Origin: Escherichia coli
GTDB taxonomy: Bacteria; Pseudomonadota; Gammaproteobacteria; Enterobacterales; Enterobacteriaceae
NCBI RefSeq assembly: GCF_024223415.1
Contig: NZ_CP100500.1
Strand: one strand, 5' to 3'
Length of the DNA: 64,000 nucleotides
Below are positions 1-10,028 of this stretch, one piece after another (within the stretch, counting starts at the first letter, position 1; every line of letters begins with the position of its first letter). The notes under the pieces were generated by a model. That model was given only the letters and a program-made list of their open reading frames with translations, had not been told where the DNA came from and ran no database searches. The position numbers and the translations under genes were made by a program.

Positions 1-981
1 GCTCAGGTGCTGTATCAGGAACTGGATATTGGTGCAGTCGCGATTACCGATCGAGAGAAATTGCTGGCCTTTACCGGAATTGGTGACGACCACCATTTAC
101 CCGGCAAACCGATTTCTTCAACTTATACTTTAAAAGCGATTGAAACCGGTGAAGTGGTCTACGCTGATGGCAACGAAGTACCTTACCGTTGCTCTTTGCA
201 TCCGCAATGCAAACTGGGGTCGACGCTGGTAATTCCGTTGCGTGGTGAAAATCAGCGGGTGATGGGCACCATCAAATTGTATGAAGCCAAAAACCGTTTA
301 TTCAGTTCAATCAACCGCACGTTGGGTGAGGGGATTGCGCAATTGCTTTCGGCGCAGATCCTTGCCGGGCAATATGAGCGGCAAAAAGCGATGCTCACCC
401 AGTCAGAGATCAAACTGCTTCACGCCCAGGTGAATCCCCATTTTTTGTTTAATGCGCTTAACACCATTAAAGCGGTGATCCGCCGCGACAGCGAACAGGC
501 CAGCCAGCTGGTGCAGTATCTTTCCACTTTTTTCCGCAAAAACTTAAAGCGGCCTTCGGAGTTTGTTACTCTCGCCGACGAAATTGAACATGTGAATGCT
601 TATCTGCAAATTGAAAAGGCGCGCTTCCAGTCGCGGTTGCAGGTCAACATTGCTATTCCGCAAGAATTATCCCAGCAGCAATTGCCCGCGTTTACCCTGC
701 AACCGATAGTGGAAAACGCCATTAAACATGGGACATCACAACTGCTGGATACAGGGCGAGTGGCAATCAGCGCCCGACGTGAGGGGCAACATTTGATGCT
801 GGAGATCGAAGACAATGCCGGTTTGTATCAACCGGTAACCAATGCCAGTGGGCTGGGGATGAATCTGGTGGATAAGCGTTTACGTGAACGGTTTGGCGAT
901 GACTATGGAATAAGCGTCGCCTGTGAGCCTGATAGTTACACCCGAATAACGTTACGACTACCATGGAGGGACGAGGCATGA
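1..981 (+). CDS. btsS: Sensor histidine kinase BtsS (YehU), C-terminal part; 5' end lies outside window
   Basis: ORF in frame from window start; translated sequence recognised as LytS-family histidine kinase C-terminus (HATPase motifs); ATGA overlap with downstream LytTR regulator. Confidence 0.88.
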   Translation, partial: AQVLYQELDIGAVAITDREKLLAFTGIGDDHHLPGKPISSTYTLKAIETGEVVYADGNEVPYRCSLHPQCKLGSTLVIPLRGENQRVMGTIKLYEAKNRLFSSINRTLGEGIAQLLSAQILAGQYERQKAMLTQSEIKLLHAQVNPHFLFNALNTIKAVIRRDSEQASQLVQYLSTFFRKNLKRPSEFVTLADEIEHVNAYLQIEKARFQSRLQVNIAIPQELSQQQLPAFTLQPIVENAIKHGTSQLLDTGRVAISARREGQHLMLEIEDNAGLYQPVTNASGLGMNLVDKRLRERFGDDYGISVACEPDSYTRITLRLPWRDEA

Positions 982-1697
982 TTAAAGTCTTAATTGTCGA
1001 TGATGAACCGTTAGCACGGGATAACCTGCGTGTATTTTTGCAGGAGCAGAGCGATATTGAAATCGTTGGAGAGTGTTCAAACGCCGTGGAAGGGATCGGC
1101 GCGGTGCATAAACTGCGCCCGGATGTGCTGTTTCTCGATATCCAGATGCCGCGCATCAGTGGTCTGGAAATGGTGGGGATGCTTGACCCGGAACATCGCC
1201 CGTATATTGTTTTTCTCACTGCGTTTGACGAATACGCAATTAAAGCCTTTGAAGAACATGCCTTTGATTATCTGCTGAAGCCAATTGATGAAGCGCGACT
1301 GGAGAAAACGCTGGCGCGATTGCGTCAGGAGCGCAGCAAGCAGGATGTTTCGCTGTTACCGGAAAATCAACAGGCGCTGAAATTTATCCCTTGTACGGGG
1401 CATAGTCGGATTTATTTGCTGCAAATGAAAGATGTGGCATTTGTCAGCAGTCGGATGAGCGGTGTCTACGTTACCAGCCACGAAGGGAAAGAGGGCTTTA
1501 CCGAATTGACATTACGTACCCTGGAAAGTCGTACACCACTACTGCGCTGCCATCGTCAGTATCTGGTTAACCTCGCGCATTTACAGGAGATTCGTCTGGA
1601 AGATAACGGCCAGGCCGAGTTGATTTTGCGTAATGGCTTAACCGTGCCGGTCAGCCGCCGTTATCTGAAAAGCTTAAAAGAGGCGATTGGCCTGTAA
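978..1697 (+). CDS. btsR: LytTR-family response regulator BtsR (YehT)
   Basis: Translation begins [14 protein letters not shown] (receiver domain) with C-terminal LytTR domain; start overlaps btsS stop. Confidence 0.9.
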   Translation: MIKVLIVDDEPLARDNLRVFLQEQSDIEIVGECSNAVEGIGAVHKLRPDVLFLDIQMPRISGLEMVGMLDPEHRPYIVFLTAFDEYAIKAFEEHAFDYLLKPIDEARLEKTLARLRQERSKQDVSLLPENQQALKFIPCTGHSRIYLLQMKDVAFVSSRMSGVYVTSHEGKEGFTELTLRTLESRTPLLRCHRQYLVNLAHLQEIRLEDNGQAELILRNGLTVPVSRRYLKSLKEAIGL

Positions 1698-1743
1698 AAG
1701 ACTGCTAAAATGGCTTTTTGCCTCATCAACACCTGAAGGCCTC

Positions 1744-2214
1744 ATGCTAAGTAACGATATTCTGCGCAGCGTGCGCTACATTTTGAAAGCCAATAATAAT
1801 GACCTGGTGCGTATTCTGGCGCTGGGTAATGTCGAAGCCACCGCGGAACAGATCGCCGTCTGGCTACGTAAAGAAGACGAAGAGGGTTTTCAGCGTTGTC
1901 CGGACATTGTTTTGTCGTCATTCCTCAATGGCCTGATTTATGAAAAACGCGGCAAGGATGAGTCTGCTCCGGCACTGGAGCCGGAACGTCGCATTAATAA
2001 CAACATCGTGCTGAAAAAATTACGCATCGCGTTTTCGCTGAAAACCGATGACATTCTGGCTATCCTCACCGAACAGCAGTTCCGCGTTTCGATGCCGGAA
2101 ATTACAGCGATGATGCGCGCACCGGATCATAAAAACTTCCGCGAATGCGGCGATCAATTTTTACGTTATTTTCTGCGTGGACTGGCAGCGCGCCAGCATG
2201 TGAAAAAAGGCTAA
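1744..2214 (+). CDS. yehS: DUF1456-family protein YehS
   Basis: ORF translation MLSNDILRSVRYILK... matches remembered YehS; internal ATG chosen over the longer ORF start. Confidence 0.8.
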   Translation: MLSNDILRSVRYILKANNNDLVRILALGNVEATAEQIAVWLRKEDEEGFQRCPDIVLSSFLNGLIYEKRGKDESAPALEPERRINNNIVLKKLRIAFSLKTDDILAILTEQQFRVSMPEITAMMRAPDHKNFRECGDQFLRYFLRGLAARQHVKKG

Positions 2215-2255
2215 AAAATTGGCGGTCATGTTTAGAGCATGACCGCCAACCGATT
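2213..2255. terminator. Bidirectional intrinsic terminator between convergent yehS and yehR
   Basis: Stem ggcggtcat/atgaccgcc (2221-2247) flanked by A-run upstream and T-rich downstream. Confidence 0.55.
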
Positions 2256-2715
2256 ATTTCACTTCTTTAAAACCAGCGGCTTTCATCACCAGTTCCATTT
2301 GCGCCATAGTGATACCTTTTTTGGCATCTTCAGCAGAAACGTTGATTCCTGAAATACCCTGCAGGGCTTTAAAATCCACTTTTTCCATATCGATAGTCAC
2401 GTTTTCCTGCGCGTAGGTATCGGTATAGGTTAATTTTTCTTCAACACCCGCGATGTTTTTGTATTTGGCGCTTAACGGCTCAAGTGTCTTGGCAGCATCT
2501 TCTTTGGTGGTTGCACCAATGGAGGCAAATTGAATTTTGGTTTCAGAAGATTGCTTAAGCACCTTGTCACCTTTGTAGACATAGGTAATGGCAATTTCAG
2601 TGCCGTTCAGATTGGCGCTGAATTTCTTCGATTCTTCTTTGTCACCGCAGCCAGCAAGAGAGAAAACCAGAACAGATGCAACAACGAGGGAAAACAGCTT
2701 ATTGAAAGCCTTCAT
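2254..2715 (-). CDS. yehR: Lipoprotein YehR
   Basis: Signal peptide with lipobox (LAGC) at N-terminus, MKAFNKLFSLVVASVLVFSLAGC. Confidence 0.8.
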   Translation of the reverse strand: MKAFNKLFSLVVASVLVFSLAGCGDKEESKKFSANLNGTEIAITYVYKGDKVLKQSSETKIQFASIGATTKEDAAKTLEPLSAKYKNIAGVEEKLTYTDTYAQENVTIDMEKVDFKALQGISGINVSAEDAKKGITMAQMELVMKAAGFKEVK

Positions 2716-2839
2716 GTAAAACTCCATTTTATTTAATCAAGGAACTGGTGACTCTCACCAGGGGCTATATAGGATATGCCTAATACCGTGGCGTGAGCAG
2801 TCCGGAACTGGAGTAGAACTCTTAGTAAAAAGCACTATT

Positions 2840-4840
2840 TCATCCTTGTTGCTGAAGCATGGGGAATAATTGTTCGCAAAGCAAAACACCGTTATTCATT
2901 GCTTCTACCCGTGCCTCGCTTTCTGTATTACGAAATTGTCCCAACACATGTGCCAGCCGATAAAAACCCACCGCGGTGAGGTCATTCGCCAGCAACTCTG
3001 CCTGACCAATAGCACTCTGTTCCTGATAGCGCCAGCCGTTATGGAGCAGTTGAATAAGTAACGCCTGGCAGCGTATCAGCAACTGATGAGCAGTAGACGG
3101 CACAGGCAAAACGCTGGCAGAAGGTAGCGGTGCCACAGGCGTAGTTTCTGCGTCCAGCGCCCAGGCACGGGTTTTTGTCATCATCACCCGTGGTTCCAGT
3201 GTCAATTGCCCTTCAACAAAACTGACAAAGCCAGAAACCAGACACACGGGGTCGTCTGTTTGTTGCAAAAGCGCCGCCATGCGTTCAACGGCATAAGGTG
3301 CGCTGGCTGAGGCTGGTAATGATAACGTCAGCACATTATCTTCCCCTTCGCCGCTAATGACCTGCGCATCCAGCGTCTGGCGGCTGCTGTCCCAACCGAG
3401 CGAAATACACTCAGCGACCGGCAGAATAAATAAGTTATCGACCTGATTAAGAGGCCGTATGCAGGCGGGGGGACGCTGGCGTAAATATTCCCGCAAAGCC
3501 ACAATGCCCGGCTGGCGTAACGGCGCGCTCAACATTTGCCAGGCATCAGGCGACAGCGGCACAACGCTGCTTAAGCGGTTGCGGGTAGCTAACAGCAGCT
3601 CGCCATCGGCACTGCGTTTTGCTGCTTGTGAAACAATTTGCCCGCCCGCCAGTGCGCCAGCCTGAAAACTAAACAGCCGACGCGTAGCTGCCGGTGAGTT
3701 TTCCTGTTCACTTCGCGGCCAACTGCGCGAAAGGTGCAAAATACTGCCGGTGTCGGGATCGGTAAACCAGATGCGTAAACCATAATGCTCAATATCCTGC
3801 CAGCAACGCATACCTAAAGACACCAGCCGCAGATGATCAAGCTTTGCTTCTCCGGCAATGCCAGAGCCAACGACCGTGCGCCACGGCACAGGAGGAACTT
3901 CACCAATACTGTCGCGCCGGGCCATCTCTTGTGCGCAATTTAATCGACTGTTTAATGCCGCAAGCTGATGTAAGCATTCTCCGGCATTATAGTGGCTGGC
4001 GCGGGCGTGGAAGGCATCAACGCTGGCGCGCAGTTGCCGTAGCGATTCACTCACCCAGCGCCAGTTGCAGGTCTCTGCCGCCTGCAATGCGCGGTTGAAT
4101 GCTGCCTCGTAATGGATGAGCGGCTGGCTGATGCCGCCAAGCCATAATGTCTGGCTTAATTGCTGAACATATTGACGACACGCGTTGCCTTCTTCGCTGG
4201 CAAACGGATCGTCAGATGATGTGACGTGTTCGCTGCGCATCTGCCAGATTAAATGGTTAAATTCTGCTTGCTGCGCTTTGGCCTCGACGAAGGCCTGTAC
4301 CGCCAGTACGACATGTTCGCAAAGTGTGCCTTCAATACAATCACAACGGGCGAAACGAATACTGCTGCGGGAATAAAAACGCACATCGCTCATCGGTAAG
4401 CGGGCAGAGGGAATTTCACCCGGCGCACAGAACAACTCAATGGTGATGCCTTTAGCGACCAGCGCCTGTGCGCGTTTGCGGGTAGCATCGGGAAGGGTAG
4501 CCAGTTCTTCCAGCCAGATTGCCGGATCCCACTCTTCTTCTTTTTCCGTAGACTGAGTGGTGGCACAAAGTCGTTGATAACTTAACACCAGCATCACGCG
4601 ATGACGGCACATACCGTTGGCCCCGCAACTGCACTGAGCCTCTTTCAGTGCCTGGCCGTTCGCCAGCTGGGTACGGACACCGTCACTGAAGGTGGCGATT
4701 AAAGCGTCGTTCTCATGGCTGATCTCCGGGACGTTGCCATTTTCCAGTTCCTTAAGACTGCGCTTAACAAAACCGGCATTGCTTAACGCCGTCAGGGCCT
4801 GCGGTGTCAGTTCTAATAATTCCGGACGTAGTGAATTCAT
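2840..4840 (-). CDS. yehQ: SWIM zinc-finger domain protein YehQ
   Basis: Long ORF; CxC...CxH SWIM-like motif (CSCGANGMCRHRVM); start placed at ATG forming ATGA overlap with yehP stop. Confidence 0.75.
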   Translation of the reverse strand: MNSLRPELLELTPQALTALSNAGFVKRSLKELENGNVPEISHENDALIATFSDGVRTQLANGQALKEAQCSCGANGMCRHRVMLVLSYQRLCATTQSTEKEEEWDPAIWLEELATLPDATRKRAQALVAKGITIELFCAPGEIPSARLPMSDVRFYSRSSIRFARCDCIEGTLCEHVVLAVQAFVEAKAQQAEFNHLIWQMRSEHVTSSDDPFASEEGNACRQYVQQLSQTLWLGGISQPLIHYEAAFNRALQAAETCNWRWVSESLRQLRASVDAFHARASHYNAGECLHQLAALNSRLNCAQEMARRDSIGEVPPVPWRTVVGSGIAGEAKLDHLRLVSLGMRCWQDIEHYGLRIWFTDPDTGSILHLSRSWPRSEQENSPAATRRLFSFQAGALAGGQIVSQAAKRSADGELLLATRNRLSSVVPLSPDAWQMLSAPLRQPGIVALREYLRQRPPACIRPLNQVDNLFILPVAECISLGWDSSRQTLDAQVISGEGEDNVLTLSLPASASAPYAVERMAALLQQTDDPVCLVSGFVSFVEGQLTLEPRVMMTKTRAWALDAETTPVAPLPSASVLPVPSTAHQLLIRCQALLIQLLHNGWRYQEQSAIGQAELLANDLTAVGFYRLAHVLGQFRNTESEARVEAMNNGVLLCEQLFPMLQQQG

Positions 4841-5973
4841 GACTGAAGATTCTCCGCAAGCCATGATGCCAGCTCGCCCGGCGTCATGGCGGCTATTTGT
4901 GCGCCGACATTAACCAGCGCCTGGGCCGTATCGCGGTCATAGCAAGGTGTTGCGGTGCTATCGAGCGCTGCCAGTCCCAGCACTTTGATGCCGCTCTGGA
5001 CACACTTTTTCACCTGATGCGTCAGTAATGATGATGAACCCCCTTCGTAAAAATCGCTCACGAGGATAATGACGCTTTTCGCTGGTTGTTCAATAAGTTG
5101 CCGACCATACTCCACGGCACTGGCGATATTGGTCCCGCCGCCCAACTGTACTTTCATTAATAACTCTACCGGATCGGCAACGTCTGCCGTGAGATCAACG
5201 ACGCTTGTGTCAAACGCCACCAGATGGGTACGAATGCCGGGTAACTGCCACAAACAGGCCGCCATCACCGCAGAGTGGATCACCGAATCGACCATCGATC
5301 CGCTTTGATCAACCAGTAAGACCAGTTGCCATTGTTCGCTTTGGCGTTTAATGCGGCTGTTAAAGCGGGGGGATTCGATATACAACTTGCCGTGTTGCGG
5401 GTGCCAGTGTTGCAGGTTGGCGCGCAGAGTACTTTTGAAATCAAAGTTTCGCGCCAGTGGAATAAATGAACGGCGACGGCGATCGCGGACACCAGAAAAA
5501 GCCTGACGAACTTCCTTTGCCAGTCGAGCCATAATTTCTTCAACAACCTGGCACACTATCCGGCGGGCGGCAGCCAGTACTTCGGGGTTCATCAGATGTT
5601 TGGTGTGCAAAACAGCGCGTAGCAGGCTTTCAGAAGGCTGCATACGTTCCAGCACGTCGAGATTCGTCACCACATCTTCAATGCCGTAGCGCAGCACGGC
5701 ATCGCTTTCCAGCCGCTCAATCACCTGCTGCGGAAACAGCGTGTGAATACTGTTGATCCACTCAGGGGTGGTGAGATTTGAGCCACCTAATCCACCGGAA
5801 CGTTCACCACGCTGGAGCCGTTCAGGATCGCGCCCATACAGCCACTCCAGCGCGTGGTCTATCTGCCGGGCGTTGTCATCCAGCCCACAAAGCGTCGTTT
5901 CTGCCGCTTCGCCAAGAATTAATCGCCAGCGTTGTAGCTCACGGGTGGTCAGAAGATCGTTCAGTTCAGACAT
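4837..5973 (-). CDS. yehP: von Willebrand factor A domain protein YehP
   Basis: VWA-like MIDAS motif (DQSGSM); start MSELNDLL chosen inside longer ORF; 8-bp overlap with yehM. Confidence 0.8.
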   Translation of the reverse strand: MSELNDLLTTRELQRWRLILGEAAETTLCGLDDNARQIDHALEWLYGRDPERLQRGERSGGLGGSNLTTPEWINSIHTLFPQQVIERLESDAVLRYGIEDVVTNLDVLERMQPSESLLRAVLHTKHLMNPEVLAAARRIVCQVVEEIMARLAKEVRQAFSGVRDRRRRSFIPLARNFDFKSTLRANLQHWHPQHGKLYIESPRFNSRIKRQSEQWQLVLLVDQSGSMVDSVIHSAVMAACLWQLPGIRTHLVAFDTSVVDLTADVADPVELLMKVQLGGGTNIASAVEYGRQLIEQPAKSVIILVSDFYEGGSSSLLTHQVKKCVQSGIKVLGLAALDSTATPCYDRDTAQALVNVGAQIAAMTPGELASWLAENLQS

Positions 5974-8245
5974 GGAAAACTCCCCAGTTTTGCAGCGATG
6001 CCAGTGCCTGCTGTTCGAGTTGTTGATGATGTGCAATGGCCTGTGGTGGACAATGCAACGGCATTTGCAGCGCCGAAACGGGAAGTTGCGCCAGTTGATA
6101 ATGCTCAAGCACCTGATGCGCCAGCGTCCCGCGTTCTCGTGGTGGTAGCCAGGCCATCGCCGCGCGTAAATCGGGCAGGGCGTTAATAAAATCGGCTTCA
6201 CTCAGTTGATTTAAATGACTGCTGAAACCAGCGATAAATGCCGGCTGACAGGCCAGTTGATGGCGGGCCAGCGCCAGCAAACCGTGCAGCGCCTCACCAG
6301 ATTGTGCCGGGGATAACTGCGCCAGCATCGTCAGCGCCGCTTCGGCACTGGCGTTGGGATGTTCCAGACGCATTAGTGCGCCAAGAGCCGCGCCGCGATC
6401 CAGCGCCGGGGCATGAATTGCCTGACTGCGTCGCTCCAGTAAGGCTACCGCCGCAGAAAGAGAAACGCCGGGTAAATTAACGCCGCTATGTAGATCGCGC
6501 AGAATATGGCAAAGCGCTTGCCAGCTATGCAGGTGAGCGTGAAACTCCTTTTCATCCGGTCTGCCGTTAGATTCACACAGCCACAGCGTGCGATCGATAG
6601 TCGCGCATAACGTCGTTTGTAATATCTGCGCGCCTTGCATACCGCTAATTTCATCCAGCCGCCATAAGGCATAAAGCACTTCCAGCGCCTGGCCCATTTC
6701 GGCAAATTGATTTTCCTGGGCGATTAATAGTGTGAGTTGCTCCAGTAATTGTTGACTGAAGGACGCCAGACCCGCTAACGCCGCCTGGCTAAGACATGTG
6801 GTGATACTGCCGATTCCGCCCGCGTCCAGCATATCGGCTTCTAATTTATTGCGTGCGGCTTCCTGGAGTGTGGCACCAAAACAGGCGGCCTCAATCAATG
6901 CCGCATGCTGGCTAAGCGGGCGGGTTAATTTCCAGCGTTCTTCACCGTTGCCTGCAAGTGTCAGTGTACTTCCCTGCTGGCGTACAATCCCAGGGATCTC
7001 CAGTATTGCCAGCCGATGTAACACCTGACTTTGCGCCAGCCCATCGGGGGTAAAGCGATTTAAGGTAAGCTCCGCCGGAAGGGAGATTGCGGTACGTTCC
7101 AGTTCGCAGGTGACATCTTTTGGCAGAGGCGGTTGTGGCGTAGAAGGGGCAAGTTTACCGAATCCGTCACCCGCTAATGTGTCTATCAACGTTAGCAGAA
7201 TCGGATCGGTATCGGGATGAATAACGCCGCGATAGCTCCACGGCAACGGCGCGTTCAGGGCTTCTTTAATCAGCGAGCCTGCTATGGCATCCAGCCAGTC
7301 AGTGCGTAACGGTAGTGTATGACCGCGCAACTGTGCCAGCGCCATCGCATGCAGATGAGCGGCAGCCATATCCGCGGTAGAAGCGGGCAATTTGTGCTGG
7401 CGCAAACGGGTAAGGATAGTTTTTAGCAGTTGTTCACCGGCCTTCTGCAAGCCCCACTGCCAGCACCAGTTTTGCCATACCGGGGCAGGCATTCCTGAAA
7501 GGTATCCTGCCAGCACATCAAGGCGCTTTTCACTGTAGGGTGTGAGATAACAACCTGTAACGGCATCTGCCAGCGAGGGCAATTCTGGCTTGTTAATTTT
7601 CTGAGGGCATTCGCGCCACATCTTTGCCAGTGCCGGAGCGTGCCAGCCACCGCAGACAACTAACACGTCGCCATTATTTTGCTGCATCGCCCATCCAATC
7701 CAGCGGGCCATAAAGGCTTCGCGCTGACGATTGAGCGCATCGCCGGAGGCGTCGCCCCGCAGTTGGGCAAAATAGTGCGCCAGCGCAGAGGGTAATGCAG
7801 TTTGCTGGCTTTCATCTTCGAACAAGTGATCCCACAGGGTATCGCTGTTATCCATGCGGGTGGCACGCAGCAGTAAGGCCTGGCTTTCATCTTGCGTATC
7901 AGGCGAATCGTCCTCTTCTTCACTCTGCGCCCAGCAAGGCAAATCGATGAAGTAAGTTTGTGCCTGAATGCGACGTGCGGCTTGTAGCGCCTGCCACTCC
8001 GGCGAAAATTCAGCAAATGGCGTCCAGGCACCACGCCCGGGGGCTGCACCGTCCTGATACTGGCAATAACTGTAAATAGCTACCGGAAGCTGGTGGGCTA
8101 AAAACAGTTCGTCTACCCGGTCATTAAAATCAGCCGGGCCTTCAATCAACACGTATCGTGGCCGCTGGCTTTCGATTAACGATTTCACCAGCCGGGCGCA
8201 GGCCGGACTATGATGCCGGATGCCGACAATTAACGGCTCGCTCAT
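5966..8245 (-). CDS. yehM: Large uncharacterised protein YehM
   Basis: 760-aa ORF beginning MSEPLIVGIRHHSPACARL; conserved position between MoxR ATPase and VWA genes. Confidence 0.8.
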   Translation of the reverse strand: MSEPLIVGIRHHSPACARLVKSLIESQRPRYVLIEGPADFNDRVDELFLAHQLPVAIYSYCQYQDGAAPGRGAWTPFAEFSPEWQALQAARRIQAQTYFIDLPCWAQSEEEDDSPDTQDESQALLLRATRMDNSDTLWDHLFEDESQQTALPSALAHYFAQLRGDASGDALNRQREAFMARWIGWAMQQNNGDVLVVCGGWHAPALAKMWRECPQKINKPELPSLADAVTGCYLTPYSEKRLDVLAGYLSGMPAPVWQNWCWQWGLQKAGEQLLKTILTRLRQHKLPASTADMAAAHLHAMALAQLRGHTLPLRTDWLDAIAGSLIKEALNAPLPWSYRGVIHPDTDPILLTLIDTLAGDGFGKLAPSTPQPPLPKDVTCELERTAISLPAELTLNRFTPDGLAQSQVLHRLAILEIPGIVRQQGSTLTLAGNGEERWKLTRPLSQHAALIEAACFGATLQEAARNKLEADMLDAGGIGSITTCLSQAALAGLASFSQQLLEQLTLLIAQENQFAEMGQALEVLYALWRLDEISGMQGAQILQTTLCATIDRTLWLCESNGRPDEKEFHAHLHSWQALCHILRDLHSGVNLPGVSLSAAVALLERRSQAIHAPALDRGAALGALMRLEHPNASAEAALTMLAQLSPAQSGEALHGLLALARHQLACQPAFIAGFSSHLNQLSEADFINALPDLRAAMAWLPPRERGTLAHQVLEHYQLAQLPVSALQMPLHCPPQAIAHHQQLEQQALASLQNWGVFHV

Positions 8246-8255
8246 GCATCTTTCC

Positions 8256-9344
8256 TCACGGCAGGCGGTGGCGGGCTTGATAATAAGCCTGCCAGTGAGC
8301 TTCTTTATGTGTGGCGACACGCTGTTCGAAGTAACGGCGCAGACGCGCGCGATCTTCTTCGTTATCTTTGACGATGGTTCCGGCAATACATTCCACCAGG
8401 TCGGCAGGCTCCCCCGCGCGATTCGCTAAAAACCAGGCGCGGACGCCCACAGCATGGGCCACGTTCACGGCTTCAGCGGTGGACATAATCGCTGTCAGTG
8501 TATCCATTGACGTTTTCTTTTCGCCGTTGGCACGCAGATCGCGGAAGGTGCGGACCAGTAATTCCAGTACCGCGTCAGGCACTTTATGCGGAATACCGCT
8601 ATGGGCCAGCAAACGCGCCGAAGCACTGGCGACCAGTTCCAACTCCTGGGCGAAATCCATAATCGGAAAAACCGTTTCAAAATCGAAGCGACGCTTTAGC
8701 GCAGCACTCATTTCATTGACGCCGCGATCGCGGGTATTGGCAGTGGCAATAATATTAAAGCCTTCTCGCGCATAGAGCTGACTGGCTTCACCAGTGAGTT
8801 CCGGCACCGTCATCACCCTGTCAGAAAGCATACCTAACAGACAGTCCTGCACTTCCAGCGGTGTACGCGTTATCTCTTCGAAACGGACGATTTTGCCGTC
8901 GCGCATTCCCTGATAAAGCGGGGCAGGGACCAGCGCTTCCGTTGACGGACCATGATTGATAAGCAAGGCGTAGTTCCAGCCATACTTGATTTGATCTTCG
9001 GTGGTAGATGCCCCGCCCTGGATGGTTAACCCGGCATCGCCGCTAATAGCGGTTGCCAGTAATTCAGAAAGAAGAGATTTTGCGGTACCCGGTTCCCCCA
9101 CCAACATCAAACCGCGGCCGGTAGCAAGAGTGACTAACATACGTTCGACAGCGGAGGGGCTAATCACCACTTTACGGCTGATATTTTGCGCTTCGTCGCC
9201 AAGGATAAAAGCACGGGCCGCAGGCAAACTTAACTGCCAACCGGGCGGGCAAGGTGCGTTATCATTTTGTTTTAATTTTGCCAGTTCATCGGCGTATAAC
9301 ACAGCAGCAGGCGGACGCTGCAGATGATTATTCTGCGGTGACAT
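8256..9344 (-). CDS. yehL: MoxR-family AAA+ ATPase YehL
   Basis: Walker A GEPGTAKS and AAA+ core seen in translation; start MSPQNNHLQRPP. Confidence 0.85.
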   Translation of the reverse strand: MSPQNNHLQRPPAAVLYADELAKLKQNDNAPCPPGWQLSLPAARAFILGDEAQNISRKVVISPSAVERMLVTLATGRGLMLVGEPGTAKSLLSELLATAISGDAGLTIQGGASTTEDQIKYGWNYALLINHGPSTEALVPAPLYQGMRDGKIVRFEEITRTPLEVQDCLLGMLSDRVMTVPELTGEASQLYAREGFNIIATANTRDRGVNEMSAALKRRFDFETVFPIMDFAQELELVASASARLLAHSGIPHKVPDAVLELLVRTFRDLRANGEKKTSMDTLTAIMSTAEAVNVAHAVGVRAWFLANRAGEPADLVECIAGTIVKDNEEDRARLRRYFEQRVATHKEAHWQAYYQARHRLP

Positions 9345-9454
9345 ATATTCATCCCTGAAATGTATTAATGAAATAAACGATATTTTACGCGCAATAAATG
9401 TTTGGCGCATTAGTTGTTTGAGCGAAAAATATCTGGAAAGCAGATCACAGTAAA

Positions 9455-9490
9455 TAAAAAAACCTGCTGGTGAGGCAGGTTCTTTTATTT
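9455..9490 (-). terminator. Intrinsic terminator downstream of yehK (minus strand)
   Basis: Hairpin aacctgctgg/ccagcaggtt with flanking A/T runs. Confidence 0.5.
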
Positions 9491-9650
9491 ACTATTTTCA
9501 GGCCTAACACCACAGCCTGTGCAACATCGTGTTCCAACGAACGAATTATAACCACGGCTGGACCCCGTTGCAATTAAGATAATGAGATTTATAATCCAGG
9601 CCATTGGGACGTTGCGCCGGATCGGACCAATTTGAATTATTTAGAGTATA

Positions 9651-9968
9651 TTATTCTATTTCTTGGTTGAATATATTCTGTAGTTCACGATTAAAAATTG
9701 CTATTACAGTTTCAGGTGATTCACCTCGTAATTTCCGCTCATCAATACACTCATCTCTTATATAAATCAACGCATCATTTATTAGCGGGTCAGCATCTTC
9801 TCGATCACGTTGATGAAATGTTGGACGTAGCCGGAATCGCTCCAGTCGATAGACGGAACCTGTAAATAATTCAGAGCATTTATGGATCTCAAGTCTGAAG
9901 GAAAACGGATCTTCAGGTACAGGGACCTCATAATCGTAAATAGCAACCAGCTCTTTTTGCACGATCAT
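9651..9968 (-). CDS. yehK: Small uncharacterised protein YehK
   Basis: 105-aa ORF in conserved position between yehL and yehI. Confidence 0.7.
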   Translation of the reverse strand: MIVQKELVAIYDYEVPVPEDPFSFRLEIHKCSELFTGSVYRLERFRLRPTFHQRDREDADPLINDALIYIRDECIDERKLRGESPETVIAIFNRELQNIFNQEIE

Positions 9969-10028
9969 CGCTTTCCCCGCTGGTAAGTCGTGTTGATAAC
10001 GGGCAGTTGCATCACTGCCCGCTGTGTT

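Noticed and set aside
5966-8386. Longer 806-aa version of yehM, and similar N-terminal extensions of yehP, yehL, yegS, fbaB and rcnB ORFs
   Set aside because: Extended N-termini lack RBS support and do not match the remembered protein starts; internal ATGs that match the known N-termini were used instead.
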